Of a DNA stretch of 43,444 nucleotides, positions 32,397 through 43,203 are shown in pieces (the first letter of the stretch is position 1; every line of letters starts with the position of its first letter). The stretch comes from a virus (lineage: Duplodnaviria; Heunggongvirae; Uroviricota; Caudoviricetes), in IMG/VR virus record IMGVR_UViG_2851966386_000001, positions 1 through 43,444 of that record; one strand, given 5' to 3'. Position numbers and translations under genes: made by a program. The notes under the pieces are model-generated. The model ran no database searches, was not told the DNA's origin, and was given only the letters and a program-made list of their open reading frames with translations.

Positions 32397-33140
32397 ATGA
32401 CACAGACAGAATCAGCGATTCTGGCGCACGCCCGGCGATGTGCGCCAGCGGAGTCGTGCGGCTTCGTGGTAAGCACGCCGGAGGGGGAAAGATATTTTCC
32501 CTGCGTGAATATCTCCGGTGAGCCGGAGGCGTATTTCCGTATGTCGCCGGAAGACTGGCTGCAGGCAGAAATGCAGGGTGAGATTGTGGCGCTGGTCCAC
32601 AGCCACCCCGGTGGTCTGCCCTGGCTGAGTGAGGCCGACCGGCGGCTGCAGGTGCAGAGTGATTTGCCGTGGTGGCTGGTCTGCCGGGGGACGATTCATA
32701 AGTTCCGCTGTGTGCCGCATCTCACCGGGCGGCGCTTTGAGCACGGTGTGACGGACTGTTACACACTGTTCCGGGATGCTTATCATCTGGCGGGGATTGA
32801 GATGCCGGACTTTCATCGTGAGGATGACTGGTGGCGTAACGGTCAGAATCTCTATCTGGATAATCTGGAGGCCACAGGGCTGTATCAGGTGCCGTTGTCA
32901 TCAGCACAACCGGGCGATGTGCTGCTGTGCTGTTTTGGTTCATCGGTGCCGAATCATGCCGCCATTTACTGTGGTGATGGCGAGCTGCTGCACCATATTC
33001 CTGAACAACTGAGCAAACGAGAGAGGTATACCGACAAATGGCAGCGACGCACACACTCCCTCTGGCGTCATCGGGCATGGCGCGCATCTGCCTTTACGGG
33101 GATTTGCAACGATTTGGCCGCCGCATCGACCTTCGTGTGA
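32397..33140 (+). CDS. K: Tail tip assembly protein K (JAMM/MPN plus NlpC/P60-like)
   Basis: HSHPGG...SEAD JAMM-like motif in the N-terminal part; the first ATG gives 247 aa, whereas classical lambda annotation (199 aa, as I recall) would start at the internal ATG 32541. Confidence 0.8.
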   Translation: MTQTESAILAHARRCAPAESCGFVVSTPEGERYFPCVNISGEPEAYFRMSPEDWLQAEMQGEIVALVHSHPGGLPWLSEADRRLQVQSDLPWWLVCRGTIHKFRCVPHLTGRRFEHGVTDCYTLFRDAYHLAGIEMPDFHREDDWWRNGQNLYLDNLEATGLYQVPLSSAQPGDVLLCCFGSSVPNHAAIYCGDGELLHHIPEQLSKRERYTDKWQRRTHSLWRHRAWRASAFTGICNDLAAASTFV

Positions 33141-33709
33141 AAACGGGGGCTGAAGCCATCCGCGCACTGGCCACACAGCTCCCGGTGTTTCGTCAGAAAC
33201 TGAGCGACGGCTGGTATCAGGTACGGATTGCCGGGCGGGACGTCAGCACGTCCGGGTTAACGGCGCAGTTACATGAGACTCTGCCTGATGGCGCTGTGAT
33301 TCATATTGTTCCCAGAGTCGCCGGGGCCAAGTCAGGTGGCGTATTCCAGATTGTCCTGGGGGCTGCCGCCATTGCCGGATCATTCTTTACCGCCGGAGCC
33401 ACCCTTGCAGCATGGGGGGCAGCCATTGGGGCCGGAGGTATGACCGGCATCCTGTTTTCTCTCGGTGCCAGTATGGTGCTCGGTGGTGTGGCGCAGATGC
33501 TGGCACCGAAAGCCAGAACTCCCCGTACACAGACAACGGATAACGGCAAACAGAACACCTATTTCTCCTCACTGGATAACATGGTTGCCCAGGGCAATGT
33601 TCTGCCGGTTCTGTACGGTGAAATGCGCGTGGGGTCACGCGTGGTTTCTCAGGAGATCAGCACGGCAGACGAAGGGGATGGTGGTCAGGTTGTGGTGATT
33701 GGTCGCTGA
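33038..33709 (+). CDS. I: Tail tip assembly protein I
   Basis: 223 aa matching lambda gpI; overlaps the K 3 prime end by 103 nt, as in lambda. Confidence 0.9.
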   Translation: MAATHTLPLASSGMARICLYGDLQRFGRRIDLRVKTGAEAIRALATQLPVFRQKLSDGWYQVRIAGRDVSTSGLTAQLHETLPDGAVIHIVPRVAGAKSGGVFQIVLGAAAIAGSFFTAGATLAAWGAAIGAGGMTGILFSLGASMVLGGVAQMLAPKARTPRTQTTDNGKQNTYFSSLDNMVAQGNVLPVLYGEMRVGSRVVSQEISTADEGDGGQVVVIGR

Positions 33710-33769
33710 TGCAAAATGTTTTATGTGAAACCGCCTCCGGGCGGTTTTATCGTTTATGGAGCATGACGA

Positions 33770-36700
33770 ATGGGTAAAGGCGGCAGTAAGGGGCATACCC
33801 CGCGCGAAGCGAAGGACAACCTGAAGTCCACGCAGCTGCTGAGTGTGATCGATGCCATCAGCGAAGGGCCGGTTGAAGGTCCGGTGGATGGATTAAAAAG
33901 CGTGCTGCTGAACAGTACACCGGTGCTGGACAGTGAGGGGAATACCAATATCTCCGGTGTCACGGTGGTGTTCCGGGCAGGTGAGCAGGAACAGACACCG
34001 CCGGAGGGATTTGAATCATCAGGTTCCGAGACGGTACTGGGTACGGAAGTGAAATATGACACGCCGATCACCCGGACCATCACGTCGGCAAACATTGACC
34101 GTCTGCGCTTTACCTTCGGTGTGCAGGCACTGGTGGAAACCACCTCAAAGGGGGACAGGAATCCGTCGGAAGTTCGCCTGCTGGTTCAGATACAACGTAA
34201 CGGTGGCTGGGTGACGGAAAAAGACATCACCATTAAGGGCAAAACCACCTCGCAGTATCTGGCCTCGGTAGTGGTGGATAATCTGCCGCCGCGCCCGTTC
34301 AACATCCGGATGCGCAGGATGACGCCGGACAGCACCACAGACCAGCTGCAGAACAAAACGCTCTGGTCGTCATACACCGAAATCATCGATGTGAAACAGT
34401 GCTACCCGAACACGGCACTGGTCGGCGTACAGGTGGACTCGGAGCAGTTCGGCAGCCAGCAGGTGAGTCGTAATTATCATCTTCGCGGGCGCATTCTGCA
34501 GGTGCCGTCGAACTATAACCCGCAGACGCGGCAATACAGCGGTATCTGGGACGGAACGTTAAAACCGGCATACAGCAACAACATGGCCTGGTGTCTGTGG
34601 GATATGCTGACCCACCCGCGCTACGGCATGGGAAAACGTCTTGGTGCGGCGGATGTGGACAAATGGGCGCTGTATGTCATCGGCCAGTACTGCGACCAGT
34701 CAGTGCCGGACGGCTTTGGCAGCACGGAGCCGCGCATCACCTGTAATGCGTACCTGACCACACAGCGCAAGGCGTGGGATGTGCTCAGTGATTTCTGCTC
34801 GGCGATGCGCTGTATGCCGGTATGGAACGGGCAGACGCTGACGTTCGTGCAGGACCGACCGTCGGATAAGGTGTGGACCTATAACCGCAGTAATGTGGTG
34901 ATGCCGGATGATGGCGCGCCGTTCCGCTACAGCTTCAGCGCCCTGAAGGACCGCCATAATGCCGTTGAGGTGAACTGGATTGACCCGGACAACGGCTGGG
35001 AGACGGCAACAGAGCTTGTTGAAGATACGCAGGCCATTGCCCGTTACGGTCGTAATGTCACGAAGATGGATGCCTTTGGCTGTACCAGCCGGGGGCAGGC
35101 ACACCGCGCCGGGCTGTGGCTGATTAAAACAGAACTGCTGGAAACGCAGACCGTGGATTTCAGCGTGGGTGCCGAAGGGCTTCGCCATGTGCCGGGTGAT
35201 GTTATTGAAATCTGCGATGATGACTATGCGGGGATCAGCATCGGCGGGCGCGTGCTGGCGGTGAACAGCCAGACCCGGACGCTGACGCTCGACCGTGAAA
35301 TCACGCTGCCATCCTCCGGTACCACGCTGATAAGCCTGGTTGACGGAAGTGGCAATCCGGTCAGCGTGGAGGTCCAGTCCGTCACCGACGGCGTGAAGGT
35401 AAAAGTGAGCCGTGTTCCTGACGGTGTTGCTGAATACAGCGTATGGGGGCTGAAGCTGCCGACGCTGCGCCAGCGACTATTCCGCTGTGTGAGTATCCGT
35501 GAAAACGACGACGGCATGTATGCCATCACCGCCGTGCAGCATGTGCCGGAAAAAGAGGCCATCGTGGATAACGGGGCGCACTTTGACGGCGAACAGAGTG
35601 GCACGGTGAATGGTGTCACGCCGCCAGCGGTGCAGCACCTGACTGCCGAAGTCACCGCAGACAGCGGGGAATATCAGGTGCTGGCGCGCTGGGACACGCC
35701 GAAGGTGGTGAAGGGGGTGAGCTTTATGCTTCGCCTGACCGTGGCAGCGGATGACGGCAGTGAGCGGCTGGTCAGCACGGCCCGGACGACGGAAACCACT
35801 TACCGCTTCACACAACTGGCGCTGGGGAACTACAGGCTGACAGTCCGGGCAGTAAATGCGTGGGGGCAGCAGGGCGATCCGGCGTCGGTATCGTTCCGGA
35901 TTGCCGCACCGGCAGCGCCGTCGCGGATTGAGCTGACGCCGGGCTATTTTCAGATAACCGCCACGCCGCATCTTGCGGTTTATGATCCGACGGTACAGTT
36001 TGAGTTCTGGTTCTCGGAAAAGCGGATTGCGGATATCAGGCAGGTTGAAACCACAGCACGCTATCTTGGCACGGCGCTGTACTGGATAGCCGCCAGTATC
36101 AATATCAAACCGGGCCATGATTATTACTTTTATATCCGCAGTGTGAACACCGTTGGCAAATCGGCATTCGTGGAGGCTGTTGGTCAGCCGAGTGATGACG
36201 CATCCGGCTATCTGGATTTTTTCAAAGGCGAGATAGGGAAAACCCATCTGGCTCAGGAGCTGTGGACGCAGATTGATAACGGCCAGCTTGCGCCTGACCT
36301 GGCTGAAATCAGGACATCCATTACGGATGTCAGCAATGAAATCACACAGACCGTCAATAAGAAACTGGAAGACCAGAGTGCAGCGATCCAGCAGATACAG
36401 AAGGTTCAGGTTGATACAAATAATAACCTGAACAGCATGTGGGCCGTGAAACTGCAGCAGATGCAGGACGGACGCCTTTATATTGCGGGTATCGGTGCCG
36501 GTATTGAGAATACGCCAGCAGGAATGCAGAGTCAGGTGCTGCTGGCGGCAGACAGGATTGCGATGATTAATCCTGCGAATGGCAACACAAAGCCGATGTT
36601 TGTTGGTCAGGGTGATCAGATATTCATGAATGAAGTGTTCCTGAAACGCCTGACGGCCCCCACCATTACCAGCGGCGGTAATCCTCCGGCATTTTCCCTG

Positions 36701-37267
36701 ACATCAGACGGGAGACTGACGGCGAAAAATGCGGATATCAGTGGCAGTGTGAATGCGAACTCAGGAACGCTCAACAATGTCACGATTAACCAGAACTGTA
36801 CGATTAAGGGCATGCTGGAGGCGACCCAGGTCAGAGGAGATTTCGTTAAAGCTGTATCAAAAGCCTTCCCGAAAAAAGTCGGTACGTGGGGTAACACGGA
36901 AACACCAAACGGTACGGTTACAGTCACCATCAGCGATGATCATAACTTTGACCGCCAGATTATTATTCCGCCCATTATTTTTAACGGTATAGCGTATGAC
37001 GATCCGGGGAGCGGAAATAACCCAGGAGGCACAAGATACACGGGTTATGGTTTTGAAGTTCGCAAAAACGGCGTATTAATCGCATCCAGAGAAACTAAAG
37101 GGGCCATTCCCGGTAGTTACAGTGCAGTTATTGATATGCCGAGTGGCAGGGGAAGCGTCACTCTGGAGTTTAAGATTTTCCAGAAAGGCAATCAGGGGGC
37201 AGGCAATATCACCGACTGTACGGTGATTGTGACCAAAAAAGCCGCTTCCGGCATCAGTATTCGTTGA
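33770..37267 (+). CDS. J: Central tail fibre / host specificity protein J (1165 aa; C-terminal receptor-binding region diverged from lambda J)
   Basis: The N-terminal ~1000 aa match lambda J as recalled; the last ~150-200 aa differ and the protein is 33 aa longer than lambda J (1132 aa). Confidence 0.9.
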   Translation: MGKGGSKGHTPREAKDNLKSTQLLSVIDAISEGPVEGPVDGLKSVLLNSTPVLDSEGNTNISGVTVVFRAGEQEQTPPEGFESSGSETVLGTEVKYDTPITRTITSANIDRLRFTFGVQALVETTSKGDRNPSEVRLLVQIQRNGGWVTEKDITIKGKTTSQYLASVVVDNLPPRPFNIRMRRMTPDSTTDQLQNKTLWSSYTEIIDVKQCYPNTALVGVQVDSEQFGSQQVSRNYHLRGRILQVPSNYNPQTRQYSGIWDGTLKPAYSNNMAWCLWDMLTHPRYGMGKRLGAADVDKWALYVIGQYCDQSVPDGFGSTEPRITCNAYLTTQRKAWDVLSDFCSAMRCMPVWNGQTLTFVQDRPSDKVWTYNRSNVVMPDDGAPFRYSFSALKDRHNAVEVNWIDPDNGWETATELVEDTQAIARYGRNVTKMDAFGCTSRGQAHRAGLWLIKTELLETQTVDFSVGAEGLRHVPGDVIEICDDDYAGISIGGRVLAVNSQTRTLTLDREITLPSSGTTLISLVDGSGNPVSVEVQSVTDGVKVKVSRVPDGVAEYSVWGLKLPTLRQRLFRCVSIRENDDGMYAITAVQHVPEKEAIVDNGAHFDGEQSGTVNGVTPPAVQHLTAEVTADSGEYQVLARWDTPKVVKGVSFMLRLTVAADDGSERLVSTARTTETTYRFTQLALGNYRLTVRAVNAWGQQGDPASVSFRIAAPAAPSRIELTPGYFQITATPHLAVYDPTVQFEFWFSEKRIADIRQVETTARYLGTALYWIAASINIKPGHDYYFYIRSVNTVGKSAFVEAVGQPSDDASGYLDFFKGEIGKTHLAQELWTQIDNGQLAPDLAEIRTSITDVSNEITQTVNKKLEDQSAAIQQIQKVQVDTNNNLNSMWAVKLQQMQDGRLYIAGIGAGIENTPAGMQSQVLLAADRIAMINPANGNTKPMFVGQGDQIFMNEVFLKRLTAPTITSGGNPPAFSLTSDGRLTAKNADISGSVNANSGTLNNVTINQNCTIKGMLEATQVRGDFVKAVSKAFPKKVGTWGNTETPNGTVTVTISDDHNFDRQIIIPPIIFNGIAYDDPGSGNNPGGTRYTGYGFEVRKNGVLIASRETKGAIPGSYSAVIDMPSGRGSVTLEFKIFQKGNQGAGNITDCTVIVTKKAASGISIR

Positions 37268-37288
37268 AATATTTATAACCCCAATAAA

Positions 37289-37315
37289 GGGCGTCAGGAA
37301 TGACGCCTTTTTTAT
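37289..37315 (+). terminator. Intrinsic terminator after J
   Basis: Hairpin GGCGTCA-GGAA-TGACGCC followed by TTTTTTAT. Confidence 0.7.
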
Positions 37316-37337
37316 TGCAGAAAAGCGAGAGGTAATT

Positions 37338-37937
37338 ATGCGTAAAGTTTGTGCAGCAATTTTGTCCGCAGCCATTTGTCTGGCCGTATCCGGTGCGCCT
37401 GCATGGGCGTCTGAACATCAGTCCACGCTGAGCGCGGGGTATCTTCATGCCTCGACGAACGTCCCCGGCAGTGATGATCTGAACGGGATTAACGTGAAAT
37501 ACCGTTATGAGTTTACGGACACACTGGGGCTGGTGACGTCATTCAGCTATGCAGGAGACAAGAATCGCCAGCTGACCCGTTACAGCGATACCCGCTGGCA
37601 TGAAGATTCCGTTCGTAACCGCTGGTTCAGCGTAATGGCGGGGCCGTCTGTGCGCGTGAATGAATGGTTCAGCGCGTATGCGATGGCGGGTGTAGCTTAC
37701 AGCCGTGTGTCGACTTTCTCCGGGGATTATATCCGCGTAACTGACAATAAGGGGAAAACGCACGATGTGCTGACCGGAAGTGATGACGGTCGCCACAGCA
37801 ACACGTCTCTGGCGTGGGGGGCTGGCGTGCAGTTTAACCCGACCGAGTCCGTGGCCATTGATGTCGCTTATGAAGGTTCCGGCAGTGGCGACTGGCGCAC
37901 TGACGGTTTCATCGTGGGTGTCGGTTATAAATTCTGA
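37338..37937 (+). CDS. lom: Lom outer membrane protein (Ail/Lom family)
   Basis: Signal peptide (MRKVCAAILSAAICLAVSGAPAWA) and a beta-barrel-like sequence with a C-terminal aromatic residue (…VGYKF); the lambda lom position after J. Confidence 0.85.
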   Translation: MRKVCAAILSAAICLAVSGAPAWASEHQSTLSAGYLHASTNVPGSDDLNGINVKYRYEFTDTLGLVTSFSYAGDKNRQLTRYSDTRWHEDSVRNRWFSVMAGPSVRVNEWFSAYAMAGVAYSRVSTFSGDYIRVTDNKGKTHDVLTGSDDGRHSNTSLAWGAGVQFNPTESVAIDVAYEGSGSGDWRTDGFIVGVGYKF

Positions 37938-38001
37938 TTAGCCAGGTAACACAGTGTTATGACAGCCCGCCGTTTCAGGCGGGCTTTTTTGTGGGGTGAA
38001 T

Positions 38002-41000
38002 ATGGCAGTAAAAATTTCAGGTGTACTGAAAGACGGCACAGGAAAACCGGTACAGAACTGCACAATCCAGCTGAAAGCAAAACGTAACAGTACCACGGTG
38101 GTGGTGAACACGCTGGCATCTGAAAATCCGGATGAAGCCGGGCGTTACAGCATGGACGTTGAGTACGGTCAGTACAGCGTTATTCTGTTGGTGGAAGGAT
38201 TCCCGCCGTCACATGCCGGGACCATCACCGTGTATGAAGATTCCCGACCCGGTACGCTGAATGATTTTCTCGGTGCCATGACGGAGGATGATGCCCGTCC
38301 GGAGGCACTGCGCCGTTTTGAGCTGATGGTGGAAGAGGTGGCGCGTAACGCGTCCGTGGTGGCACAGAACACGGCAGCCGCGAAGAAGTCAGCCAGTGAT
38401 GCCAGCACATCAGCCCGTGAGGCGGCAACCCATGCGACTGATGCTGCAGGCTCAGCACGCGCAGCCAGCACATCAGCCGGGCAGGCCGCGACGTCGGCTC
38501 AGTCAGCGTCTTCCAGCGCAGGAACGGCATCAACAAAGGCCACTGAAGCCTCAAAAAGTGCTGCCGCTGCAGAGTCCTCAAAAAGCGCGGCAGCTACCAG
38601 TGCCGGTGCGGCGAAAACGTCAGAAACGAATGCGGCAGCGTCACAAAAATCTGCAGCCACTTCTGCATCCGCAGCGACCACAAAGGCGTCAGAAGCTGCC
38701 ACCTCAGCCCGGGATGCGGCGGCCTCAAAAGAGGCAGCGAAATCATCAGAAACGAACGCATCATCAAGCGCCAGTAGTGCCGCTTCCTCGGCAACGGCGG
38801 CAGGAAATTCCGCGAAGGCGGCAAAAACGTCCGAGACGAACGCCAGGTCTTCTGAAACGGCAGCGGGACAGAGTGCCTCAGCTGCGGCAGGCTCAAAAAC
38901 AGCGGCTGCATCATCTGCCAGTGCCGCATCAACAAGTGCCGGGCAGGCCTCAGCCAGTGCCACCGCTGCCGGAAAGTCGGCAGAAAGTGCCGCATCGTCT
39001 GCTTCAACAGCCACAACGAAGGCTGGCGAAGCCACTGAACAGGCCAGCGCAGCAGCGAGGTCAGCTTCCGCAGCGAAGACATCCGAAACGAACGCGAAAG
39101 CGTCGGAAACCCGTGCAGAATCCTCAAAAACGGCTGCCGCATCGTCCGCCAGTTCGGCGGCGTCATCGGCATCATCGGCGTCTGCTTCAAAAGATGAGGC
39201 GACCAGACAAGCGTCAGCAGCGAAGGGCAGCGCCACGACGGCATCCACGAAGGCGACAGAGGCAGCTGGCAGTGCGACGGCGGCAGCTCAGAGCAAAAGT
39301 ACGGCGGAATCCGCGGCAACGCGCGCCGAGACAGCAGCAAAACGGGCAGAGGATATTGCATCCGCTGTGGCGCTTGAGGATGCGAGCACGACGAAAAAGG
39401 GGGTAGTACAGCTCAGCAGTGCGACCAACAGCACTTCCGAGTCACAGGCGGCAACGCCAAAAGCCGTTAAGGCCGCGTATGACCTGGCTAACGGGAAATA
39501 CACCGCACAGGACGCTACGACAGCACAAAAAGGAATTGTCCAGCTCAGTAGTGCAACCAACAGCGCATCTGAAACGCTTGCCGCGACACCGAAAGCAGTG
39601 AAAGCAGCTAATGATAATGCGAATGGTCGGGTACCTTCTGCCCGTAAGGTGAATGGTAAGGCGCTTTCAGCGGATATAACACTGACGCCGAAAGATATTG
39701 GTACGCTTAACTCAACAACAATGTCATTCAGCGGTGGTGCTGGTTGGTTCAAATTAGCAACGGTAACCATGCCACAGGCGAGTTCCATCGTTTACATCGC
39801 ATTGATTGGTGGCGCTGGTTACAACGTCGGTTCCCCACATCAGGCAGGCATTTCAGAACTGGTTCTACGAGCAGGCAATGGAAACCCCAAAGGAATTACC
39901 GGGGCTTTGTGGAAGCGTACAGCCGTCGGATTAACGAATTTCGCCTGGATCAACACATCCGGCGATACATATGATATTTACGTTGAGATTGGCAATTATG
40001 CGACGAGTGTAAATATCCATTGGGATTGTACTGCAAATGCGTCAGTTTCTGTTTATACCTCGCCAACATATTCAGCGAGTAAGCCTTCCAGCGTTACCTA
40101 TGGTGTTGTTTATACGATGTATAGCACACATCAGAAACCGACGCCGTTAGATATTGGAGCACTGCCAACAACCGGAGGAACAGTTTCAGGTCCGTTGTCT
40201 GTTACAGGTGGATTAACTGGTTCATTGAATGGTAATGCAAGTACAGCCACGAAATTGCAGACGGCAAGATCTATCGGTGGAGTTGTTTTCGACGGTTCTG
40301 CAAATATTAACCTTCCAGGTGTAAACACTACGGGTAATCAGAACACCACTGGTAATGCTGCAACTGCCACAAAACTACAGACTGCACGGAATATCAACGG
40401 CGTTCCGTTTGACGGCACGAAGGATATTACGCTTACGCCTAAAGATCTGGATGCCTACAGCAAAAGCGAAGTACAGAGCGCACTGGCGGGCAAACAACCG
40501 CTGGACAATACGCTGACTAATTTGAGTGGAAAGGATGTAGCTGGTCTTCTCGCATACCTTGGTTTGGGCGAAACGATAAATAAAGCCTCCGGAGCTATGC
40601 AGAAATCGGCTAATGGAGCTGATATTTCTGATGTATCAGCCTTCCGAAATGCGCTCCAGTTAGGGACCGCCGCAACACGAGATGTTGGAGCAGATAATGC
40701 CTCGAAGTTACTGGGTTTAGACAGCTTCAGGTCAATGATGTCAGGGAATGGCTACATCTACATTCCATGCATTGCGACGACAGGAAACCCGGTGAAACTT
40801 ATGTTGCAGTGGGGAATGGTGGCAACACAAAAGGGAGCTGATGCTGGATATGCCTTACCATTTGCTTTTCCCTATGCAGGCTTATTTGCGACCGGAAACC
40901 GTGGAACATCTGGCTACAATGCCGCGATGAATGTGCGTATTGCCAGCAGAACGCATATCAGTATTCAGAACTGGTCGCCATCCGGAGAGGGCACCGAAGA

Positions 41001-41028
41001 TTGTTGTTTTATCGCGCTGGGGTATTAA
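38002..41028 (+). CDS. stf: Side tail fibre Stf (Ala/Ser/Thr-rich repeat shaft, variable C-terminal domain)
   Basis: The N-terminus MAVKISGVLKDGTGKPVQNCTIQLKAKRNSTTVVVNTLASENPDEAGRYSMDVEYGQYS matches lambda Stf; long low-complexity A/S/T repeat region; C-terminal domain ending ...CCFIALGY. Confidence 0.9.
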   Translation: MAVKISGVLKDGTGKPVQNCTIQLKAKRNSTTVVVNTLASENPDEAGRYSMDVEYGQYSVILLVEGFPPSHAGTITVYEDSRPGTLNDFLGAMTEDDARPEALRRFELMVEEVARNASVVAQNTAAAKKSASDASTSAREAATHATDAAGSARAASTSAGQAATSAQSASSSAGTASTKATEASKSAAAAESSKSAAATSAGAAKTSETNAAASQKSAATSASAATTKASEAATSARDAAASKEAAKSSETNASSSASSAASSATAAGNSAKAAKTSETNARSSETAAGQSASAAAGSKTAAASSASAASTSAGQASASATAAGKSAESAASSASTATTKAGEATEQASAAARSASAAKTSETNAKASETRAESSKTAAASSASSAASSASSASASKDEATRQASAAKGSATTASTKATEAAGSATAAAQSKSTAESAATRAETAAKRAEDIASAVALEDASTTKKGVVQLSSATNSTSESQAATPKAVKAAYDLANGKYTAQDATTAQKGIVQLSSATNSASETLAATPKAVKAANDNANGRVPSARKVNGKALSADITLTPKDIGTLNSTTMSFSGGAGWFKLATVTMPQASSIVYIALIGGAGYNVGSPHQAGISELVLRAGNGNPKGITGALWKRTAVGLTNFAWINTSGDTYDIYVEIGNYATSVNIHWDCTANASVSVYTSPTYSASKPSSVTYGVVYTMYSTHQKPTPLDIGALPTTGGTVSGPLSVTGGLTGSLNGNASTATKLQTARSIGGVVFDGSANINLPGVNTTGNQNTTGNAATATKLQTARNINGVPFDGTKDITLTPKDLDAYSKSEVQSALAGKQPLDNTLTNLSGKDVAGLLAYLGLGETINKASGAMQKSANGADISDVSAFRNALQLGTAATRDVGADNASKLLGLDSFRSMMSGNGYIYIPCIATTGNPVKLMLQWGMVATQKGADAGYALPFAFPYAGLFATGNRGTSGYNAAMNVRIASRTHISIQNWSPSGEGTEDCCFIALGY
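38400..39400. repeat. Degenerate tandem repeats encoding the Stf Ala/Ser/Thr-rich shaft
   Basis: Recurrent units such as AAKTSETNA.SSE / SAAASSASSA at the protein level; GC-rich repeats create spurious ORFs in other frames. Confidence 0.7.
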
Positions 41029-41030
41029 GA

Positions 41031-41441
41031 ATGAATAAATTTTATAAAGGCTCTTTCTATCCGAAAGCACTAAAAGAGGTATATATCAGCGCCGGTTCAT
41101 GGCCTGAAAATGGCGTTGATGTTGATGATGAAACAATGGCAATTTACACAGGCGTAGCGCCACAAGGCAAAACGCTGGGGGCTGATAAAAATGGTAATCC
41201 TGCGTGGATTGATATCCCGCCACTCTCCGCTGAACAACAGATTATTCAGGCTGAACAGAAAAGAACGGTATTGCGTTCTATGGCTGATAAGGAAATAGCC
41301 TGGAGACAGGATGCTTTTGATGCGGAAATCGCGACGGCAGAAGAAACCGCCGCGTTATCTGAATGGAAAAAATACCGGGTCTTGCTGATGCGCGTTGATA
41401 CAGCAAAACCCGTATGGCCTGTCAATCCGCAGGATATTTAA
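41031..41441 (+). CDS. tfa: Tail fibre assembly protein Tfa
   Basis: Start at ATG 41031 (MNKFYKGSFYP...); the C-terminus ...AEIATAEETAALSEWKKYRVLLMRVDTAKPVWP matches the conserved Tfa C-terminal domain. Confidence 0.85.
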   Translation: MNKFYKGSFYPKALKEVYISAGSWPENGVDVDDETMAIYTGVAPQGKTLGADKNGNPAWIDIPPLSAEQQIIQAEQKRTVLRSMADKEIAWRQDAFDAEIATAEETAALSEWKKYRVLLMRVDTAKPVWPVNPQDI

Positions 41442-41655
41442 CGGGGGCGTTGTAGGTGGTGACATATTCAAGCAGTTCTGTTGGATATGTCACCGTTGCT
41501 GCATCTCGCTCTACGTTAAATGTATCCGCTCCCCAGATAACACACTCCCTCAAAAATGCCTCCACCTCTGGCGAGACTTCAACCGCATCATCAGGTCGCT
41601 CTTGTTCAGAAACATAAAAACCAACGGTCGTTGGGCTGAAATACATATTCTCCAT
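41422..41655 (-). CDS. Inverted-orientation tail fibre assembly gene fragment (tfa-prime, 77 aa, N-terminal domain only)
   Basis: N-terminus MENMYFSPTTVGFYVSEQ has the Tfa N-terminal motif; convergent with tfa and overlapping it by 20 nt, as in invertible tail-fibre segments. Confidence 0.5.
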   Translation of the reverse strand: MENMYFSPTTVGFYVSEQERPDDAVEVSPEVEAFLRECVIWGADTFNVERDAATVTYPTELLEYVTTYNAPVKYPAD

Positions 41656-41657
41656 AT

Positions 41658-41893
41658 TTAGTATCCTATTGCTTCAAAATGCAAAGTCGGAATTTCGCCG
41701 AGATTGGGTGTCGTATACGACACAGTGAATCGCGTTCTTGATACGTCAGTGCCAGAATCAGTATCGCGATGCGTTGCCAGTGATTTCCCAGCCATTGATG
41801 ACTGGGTCGAAAAGCTGTAACTCGCTAGTGTTGCCAGCGTTGCTATTTGTGCATTTGGGAATTGTCTGGGGAAATTAACCCTGTAGTAATGGG
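41658..41893 (-). pseudogene. 3-prime part of an alternative tail-fibre variable segment (Sv-prime) cut by the IS insertion
   Basis: Joining 43207-upward to 41893-downward with one GGG copy removed restores a continuous reading frame ending at a TAA 2 nt upstream of tfa-prime. Confidence 0.6.
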
Positions 41894-41935
41894 TGAACCG
41901 CCCCGGGTTTCCTGGAGAGTGTTTTATCTGTGAAC

Positions 41936-42826
41936 TCAGGCTGCCAGATCATCGTTTCCGATGGAAGCATAATAAGCTTTTTCTGCTTCTGCCGGAGGAG
42001 TATGGCCCAGCCTTTCCAGCAATCGTCGATTGTTATACCAGTCCACCCACGTGAGTGTGGCCAGTTCCACTTCTGCACGGTTTTTCCAGCTCTTACGGTG
42101 TATTACCTCCGCTTTGTAAAGACCATTGATGCTCTCCGCCATCGCGTTGTCATACGAGTCGCCTGTACTTCCTGTTGATGCCAGTAATCCGGCTTCCTTA
42201 AGCCGCTGTGTGTAGGCCAGCGATACATACTGAGAACCTTTATCACTGTGATGGACCGTGCCGGACGGTCGACGGGCCCATAACGCCTGCTCCAGTGCAT
42301 CCAGCACGAATGTCGTTTCCATGGACGATGAGACCCGCCACCCCACGATGTATCCGGCAAACACATCAATGATGAACGCCACATAGACGAAGCCCCGCCA
42401 TGTGCTGACGTAAGTAAAATCAGCCACCCACAGCTGGTCAGGTCGTTCTGCCACGAACTGACGGTTTACGCGGTCGCCTGCGGCAACGGCTTTCCGGCTG
42501 ATGGTCGTACGGACCTTTTTACCCCGGAGAACACCGGCAAGTCCCATAACCGCCATGAGACGTGCCACAGTGCATCTGGCCACTCTGATACCTTCCCGTA
42601 ACAACTGACGCCAGACTTTACGCACACCGTATACCTTGTGATTTTCATCGTATACGCGCTGTATCTCTTTCTTCAGCCAGTCATCGCGCTGCGCACGGGC
42701 ACTGCGTTTATCCGGATGATGTCGCTGTTGCTGACAGTGGTAATACGTTGACGGGGCAATATGCAGTTCGCTGCATAGCGGTCCGACCCCGTACTGCTCA
42801 CGCAGCTTATCCAGCAGTGGCATCAT
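41936..42826 (-). CDS. IS3-family transposase OrfB (DDE integrase domain)
   Basis: 296-aa ORF with a DDE-type catalytic region (…DFTYV…HSDKGSQY…DNAMAES…) downstream of orfA. Confidence 0.9.
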   Translation of the reverse strand: MMPLLDKLREQYGVGPLCSELHIAPSTYYHCQQQRHHPDKRSARAQRDDWLKKEIQRVYDENHKVYGVRKVWRQLLREGIRVARCTVARLMAVMGLAGVLRGKKVRTTISRKAVAAGDRVNRQFVAERPDQLWVADFTYVSTWRGFVYVAFIIDVFAGYIVGWRVSSSMETTFVLDALEQALWARRPSGTVHHSDKGSQYVSLAYTQRLKEAGLLASTGSTGDSYDNAMAESINGLYKAEVIHRKSWKNRAEVELATLTWVDWYNNRRLLERLGHTPPAEAEKAYYASIGNDDLAA

Positions 42827-43149
42827 TTTTTCCAGAGGCGGTCGAACTCCGCCTTCGCAAAATAAGCGGAAGCCTGGCGAAGGATATCGTTACTGCGGCG
42901 CAGTTCACGATTTTCACGTTCCAGCTCTTTCAGACGCTGACGTTCAGCGGTGGTGAGCCCTCCATCACCGCCCCCGGTATCCCGCTCATGCTGGCGAACC
43001 CAGACACGCAGAGTCTCCGGCGTACAGCCAATCTTTGGAGCAATGGAACAAATTGTCGCCCATTGTGAGTCATATTCGCTCTGACTTTCCAGAACCATAC
43101 GGACTGCCCGTTGACGGACTTCGGGGGAAAAACGAGTATTTTTAGTCAT
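42823..43149 (-). CDS. IS3-family transposase OrfA (HTH)
   Basis: 108-aa [56 protein letters not shown]... with a leucine-zipper-like C-terminus; the stop overlaps the orfB start at an A-rich run (TGGAAAAAATGATG). Confidence 0.9.
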   Translation of the reverse strand: MTKNTRFSPEVRQRAVRMVLESQSEYDSQWATICSIAPKIGCTPETLRVWVRQHERDTGGGDGGLTTAERQRLKELERENRELRRSNDILRQASAYFAKAEFDRLWKK

Positions 43150-43203
43150 CCTGTTTACCTCTTTCTCAGGAAGTTTAGTCTCCAGGATTCCCGGGGCGGT
43201 TCA

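Larger units (their letters stand above)
41894..43203 (-). mobile_element. IS3-family insertion sequence (IS629/IS1203-like, 1310 bp) with 3-bp GGG target-site duplication
   Basis: Terminal inverted repeats TGAACCGCCCCGGG(TTT/AAT)CCTGGAGA at both ends; orfA and orfB; GGG direct repeats at 41891..41893 and 43204..43206. Confidence 0.9.

Noticed and set aside
38169-39788. Multiple long overlapping ORFs on both strands inside stf (for example 38396..39406 plus, 38499..39248 minus, 38594..39361 minus)
   Set aside because: They arise from the GC-rich Ala/Ser/Thr codon repeats of the Stf shaft; translations are low-complexity (poly-Arg/Pro/Gln or poly-Ala/Asp) and the stf frame matches lambda Stf.
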